From Candidatus Bathyarchaeota archaeon (GTDB lineage Archaea; Thermoproteota; Bathyarchaeia; Bathyarchaeales; Bathycorpusculaceae): a stretch of DNA of 64,000 nt. This document shows positions 60,361-64,000 of this stretch, piece after piece; the stretch's first letter is position 1, and each line of letters begins with the position of its first letter. The notes beneath the pieces are model-generated. The model saw only the letters and a list, made by a program, of their open reading frames with translations, made no database searches and was not told where the DNA came from. The DNA lies in the NCBI GenBank assembly GCA_963768425.1, contig CAVYHV010000010.1:1-64000 (forward strand). The letters are read 5' to 3'. A program made the translations under genes and the position numbers.

Positions 60361-61062
60361 CTACGTTCTTTCTAACATCATGCGTTTCAAAATTTCGGCG
60401 CCGTGTCTAATGCCAAGTTTCTTCACACCTAATCTTTCCCGATATTGAATAGGGATCTCCGCAATGCCAAAACCTTCTCCATCCACATGTAGATTAAGCT
60501 CAATCTCAAAATCAAAACCCTTAGAACGTACCCGCCAATTTTTAAGAATTTGCGTCCGCACCACCCGCAACCCAGTTAACGGATCAGCCAATTGAATCCC
60601 ATTCAGAAAGTTATGGATAAACGAAATAAATCTGTTACCAAAGTAAAAAATCCCATTCAAACCCTTCAAATCTAAATAGCCACTAAACCGGTTTCCGCAA
60701 ACCATTCCTACATCGGGATTTTTCTCAAGTATTTCAAACATCTTCGGAACATATTCGGCAGGGTATGTGTAATCGGCATCAGTAAGAATAATATAATCAA
60801 CATTCAGGTCTGCATGCTTTAGACCCTTGGCCAAGGCATCGCCTTTTCCGAAGCCATCTTGGAAAATAACCTTTGCACCAAACGCCTTAGCTATCTCAAC
60901 TGTGCGATCATAGCTTTTACCGTCAACCACCAAAACTTCAAGATCAACCAAAGCATCTTTCATTTCTGCAATAGTAAGCCCAATCCCTGGCTCTTCATTA
61001 AGCGCCGCAATGATCAACTGCGCAGAATACCCAATTCTTATCTCTTGAAAAAGAATCGCCAA
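60361..61062 (-). CDS. GT2 glycosyltransferase (DPM1-like)
   Basis: ALNEE, VVDGKSYD, GKGDA, DADYTY, GFDFEIE. Confidence 0.9.
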   Translation of the reverse strand: MAILFQEIRIGYSAQLIIAALNEEPGIGLTIAEMKDALVDLEVLVVDGKSYDRTVEIAKAFGAKVIFQDGFGKGDALAKGLKHADLNVDYIILTDADYTYPAEYVPKMFEILEKNPDVGMVCGNRFSGYLDLKGLNGIFYFGNRFISFIHNFLNGIQLADPLTGLRVVRTQILKNWRVRSKGFDFEIELNLHVDGEGFGIAEIPIQYRERLGVKKLGIRHGAEILKRMMLERT

Positions 61063-61376
61063 ACCCTCAATAGATGAAGCTTTTTTCCAATATCGTCTGT
61101 TCTCATTTCTCTCTTTCTCTTTCTGAATTTAGAATCATCTTCTAACATAATCTTTTTATAGTTTTTTGAAACACGAAATCACGTTAATTGTCAACTTGAG
61201 CGAAGCTTTGCAAAGCCAGCTTAGCAAAGCTTGTCAAGTTTAGTTTATCAGTTCCAATAAAACTTTGCGAAATATGTGGTCTGCACCGCTGTAACAAGCG
61301 GAAGAACTGCTAACTTGAAGCAATCGCTGGGGCTGAGCCGACATTTATTTAACTCTATGTACAAACAAGTAATCGA

Positions 61377-61670
61377 ATGGGTGAAAAAGAAGTGAGCAAG
61401 CTTGAGAGCGAGTTAAAAGAAAAGATTGATGAAATAATCAGGCAGAAGGCAGAATCATCTGAAACAGATGAGCTTTCAAACGCAGAACACGGGTACGTGG
61501 ATGCTCTAATATGGCTAAAAGAAGGCTCAATCCAGCTAACTAATGAAGGCATTGAAAAAGAAACAGTGGAGCAAACATATGCGGACCCAGACCAAAGCAA
61601 AGAATACTACAATGGCTACGACTCTGCACTTAAACTAGTGTTAAAAATGCTAATTGAATTGAAAAAATAG
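61377..61670 (+). CDS. Hypothetical protein with internal repeat
   Basis: HGYVDALIWL and NGYDSALKLV. Confidence 0.65.
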   Translation: MGEKEVSKLESELKEKIDEIIRQKAESSETDELSNAEHGYVDALIWLKEGSIQLTNEGIEKETVEQTYADPDQSKEYYNGYDSALKLVLKMLIELKK

Positions 61671-61931
61671 TATTTTTCTAGACGAATAGTTTCCTTACGA
61701 AAGGAAAAAATGGATGAGCCTCAGAAACTTATCCAACGTTAAGCCAAAGAATCAAAAGGATTGACAGAGCAGAAATCCAGTCAACTATTGATGGGGCTAT
61801 ATGTTTCTAACAAAGGATTACCCAGACTTGCCGGAAGAGGAACTAAGCCATGTTGAAAAGTACTATTTCTAAAAAACCGTGCGATTTGAAAGTATAAATA
61901 TCGTATCAGCTCTATGTTAGTTAAGTTTTAG

Positions 61932-63179
61932 GTGACAACCTTGAGAATAGGCTTCTTTGTTTATGAATATCCGCCACAAACCGCAGGCGGCCTAGGCACT
62001 TACGCTGAATACATCACTCATGAATACGTCGATATTGGACATGACGTTTCAGTTTTCACGCTCAACAATAATGGTTTAAAGACAAGAGAAATCCTGCGCG
62101 GCGTAGAAGTGCACCGACCTCAGATAGCGGATGCAAGCAATATTTGGCCGTTCTTTGTGGTTGACGACCTCAAGAAATGGGGCACCAACATCAAATTCTT
62201 CAACGACATCTTCATATATAACATTCTAAGCTCAACCAAATTCATAAACGGGTTGATTAAAAAAGAAAAATACAATTTTGACGTCGTCTGCGTCCACGAC
62301 TGGCTCAGCAGCATCGCTGGTTTAATAATCAAAAATGAAACCAAAATTCCTGTGGTTTTCCACACTCACAGCACTGAGTGGGGGAGAAGCGGCGGAGGAG
62401 GATCCGAAGTTGTTTCTCATTTAGAGCGGGCAATGGCGCAGAGCTCAGACAAAATAGTAACTGTCAGCTACGCTATGCAGGAAGACCTCGTAAAACACGG
62501 GTGGACGCCGTCGAAGATAAGCGTGGTTTGGAATGGAGTTGACCCGGAGATGTATAATCCTGCGCATGTGAGTAAGGAAGAGATCGATGGAATCAGGGCT
62601 AAATATGGGATTCCCGACGGATGGAACATGCTGCTATTCGTCGGAAGGTTAACTTGGATCAAAGGAGTCCACAACCTTCTGCAAGCGATGCCTCTTGTCT
62701 TGAAAGAGAACCCCAACACTAAACTTGTCATATTGGGCATGGGCGATGAACAAACCGATATCACTGAAACCGCTGAACGCCTGAGAATTCAAGATAAAGT
62801 CGTTTACCGATTCGACTTCGTTTGTGAGGAAGAACGGATTTTGCATTATGCCGCCTCTGATGTCTGTATTTTTCCCTCTACTTACGAGCCTTTTGGTATC
62901 GTGAGTTTGGAGGCGATGTCTATGGAGAAGCCTGTGGTTGTGGGTGCAAGAGGCGTGGTGGGCTTCAGAGAGCAAGTGGTGAATAGCGGAACTGACCAAA
63001 ACGGCGTGCACATCAACGGTGAAGACCCTGCGGATATAGCTTGGGGGATAAACGAAACACTGCGTGACCCTGAACGAGCTAGGAATTGGGGCGAAAACGG
63101 CAGACGAAGAGTACTGGAATATTTTACCTGGCGTAAAGTCGCTGAACAAACGAGCAAAATCTACGAGTCGCTAATATAA
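61932..63179 (+). CDS. GT4 glycosyltransferase (glycogen-synthase-like)
   Basis: YEYPP..AGGLG, HDW, HSTEWGR, YEPFGIVSLEA. Confidence 0.9.
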   Translation: MTTLRIGFFVYEYPPQTAGGLGTYAEYITHEYVDIGHDVSVFTLNNNGLKTREILRGVEVHRPQIADASNIWPFFVVDDLKKWGTNIKFFNDIFIYNILSSTKFINGLIKKEKYNFDVVCVHDWLSSIAGLIIKNETKIPVVFHTHSTEWGRSGGGGSEVVSHLERAMAQSSDKIVTVSYAMQEDLVKHGWTPSKISVVWNGVDPEMYNPAHVSKEEIDGIRAKYGIPDGWNMLLFVGRLTWIKGVHNLLQAMPLVLKENPNTKLVILGMGDEQTDITETAERLRIQDKVVYRFDFVCEEERILHYAASDVCIFPSTYEPFGIVSLEAMSMEKPVVVGARGVVGFREQVVNSGTDQNGVHINGEDPADIAWGINETLRDPERARNWGENGRRRVLEYFTWRKVAEQTSKIYESLI

Positions 63180-63201
63180 AACCCAAAAAAGAAAAGCAGG
63201 C

Positions 63202-64000
63202 TTATGTAGCCAGCATATCTGCGACTTCAAGCAACCTCAAATCAATCGGCTTTCTTTCCTTAGCAGCTTTCTCCAACGCGTAACCCATTATCTCACCGTC
63301 CTGCAAACCAACCGCCATGTTGCCTTTTCCTTGACAGATCATCTCGACCGCCTTTTCAGCAAACATACTAGCCAGCAATCGGCTCCGTGCAGTTGGGCTT
63401 CCACCACGCTGAGCGTACCCAAGAATTGACAAACGCACTTCAGCTTCTGTCTGCTGCTGCATATCAGAAGCCAGTTTATGTGAATTTCCGCAGCCTTCCG
63501 CCGCCACTATGATCCCTGCTCGTTTGCCCTTTTTCTTATTTTCATCCATAACCTTGACGATGTCGGCAAGACTCAAAGGTCGCTCGGGAACCAAGATGAC
63601 TTCTGCGCCAACGCATATGCCTACCTCCAGCGCTAAGAAGCCTCTTTTGCGACCCATCACTTCAACGATGAATACGCGCTCATGGGAAATCGCGGTGTCC
63701 CTGATTTTGTCGATCGAGCCCACCGCTGTATTTACAGCAGTGTCAAAGCCGATGGTTTCATCGGTTCCATAAACGTCGTTATCGATTGTAGCGGGTATGC
63801 CAACCATTAACGCATCGCTTTGCTTGCTTAGATCCAGAGCTCCCCTGAATGACCCATCGCCGCCGATAACAACTAACCCGTCGACGTCGTTTACTAAGAG
63901 GGTTTCAGCACCTTTTTCTACACCGCCTTCTTCCTCAAAGCCTATGCAACGCAAAGTGTGAAGTATGGTTCCGCCCAATTGTATGATGCCGCCGACGCTT
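63202..64000 (-). CDS. pfkA: ATP-dependent 6-phosphofructokinase (partial, starts beyond window)
   Basis: GGTIL, IGGDGS, PATIDND, GFDTA, VEVMGR, LGYAQRGGSP. Confidence 0.93.
   Translation of the reverse strand, partial: SVGGIIQLGGTILHTLRCIGFEEEGGVEKGAETLLVNDVDGLVVIGGDGSFRGALDLSKQSDALMVGIPATIDNDVYGTDETIGFDTAVNTAVGSIDKIRDTAISHERVFIVEVMGRKRGFLALEVGICVGAEVILVPERPLSLADIVKVMDENKKKGKRAGIIVAAEGCGNSHKLASDMQQQTEAEVRLSILGYAQRGGSPTARSRLLASMFAEKAVEMICQGKGNMAVGLQDGEIMGYALEKAAKERKPIDLRLLEVADMLAT

Overview
Archaeal chromosomal window, most consistent with Bathyarchaeia. This is inferred from archaeal-type tRNAs, IleRS, Trm1, a CdvB/Snf7 ESCRT-III protein and paralogous ~870-aa PQQ-like beta-propeller surface proteins. 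Many genes carry single-base frameshifts, often at homopolymers, which looks like long-read consensus error rather than mass pseudogenisation. Housekeeping genes include ileS, lysC, proC, trm1, pfkA (partial) and three tRNAs: Ser-TGA, Val-GAC and Ala-CGC. Four features stand out. (1) At 26.5-27.8 kb, five tandem units each have a conserved ~60-bp leader, a unit-specific array of 10-bp phased repeats and the 5' end of a tandem-AbrB (MraZ-like architecture) gene; only the last gene is complete. (2) At 27.9-36.4 kb there is an integrase-less array of cassettes delimited by tRNA 3'-end copies, the first three each carrying a VapBC pair; a smaller version sits at tRNA-Ser. (3) A DUF2400-like/T7-endonuclease-I-like fusion at 5.9-7.1 kb is hidden by frameshifts. 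(4) A candidate structured RNA leader lies at 34.8-34.9 kb.
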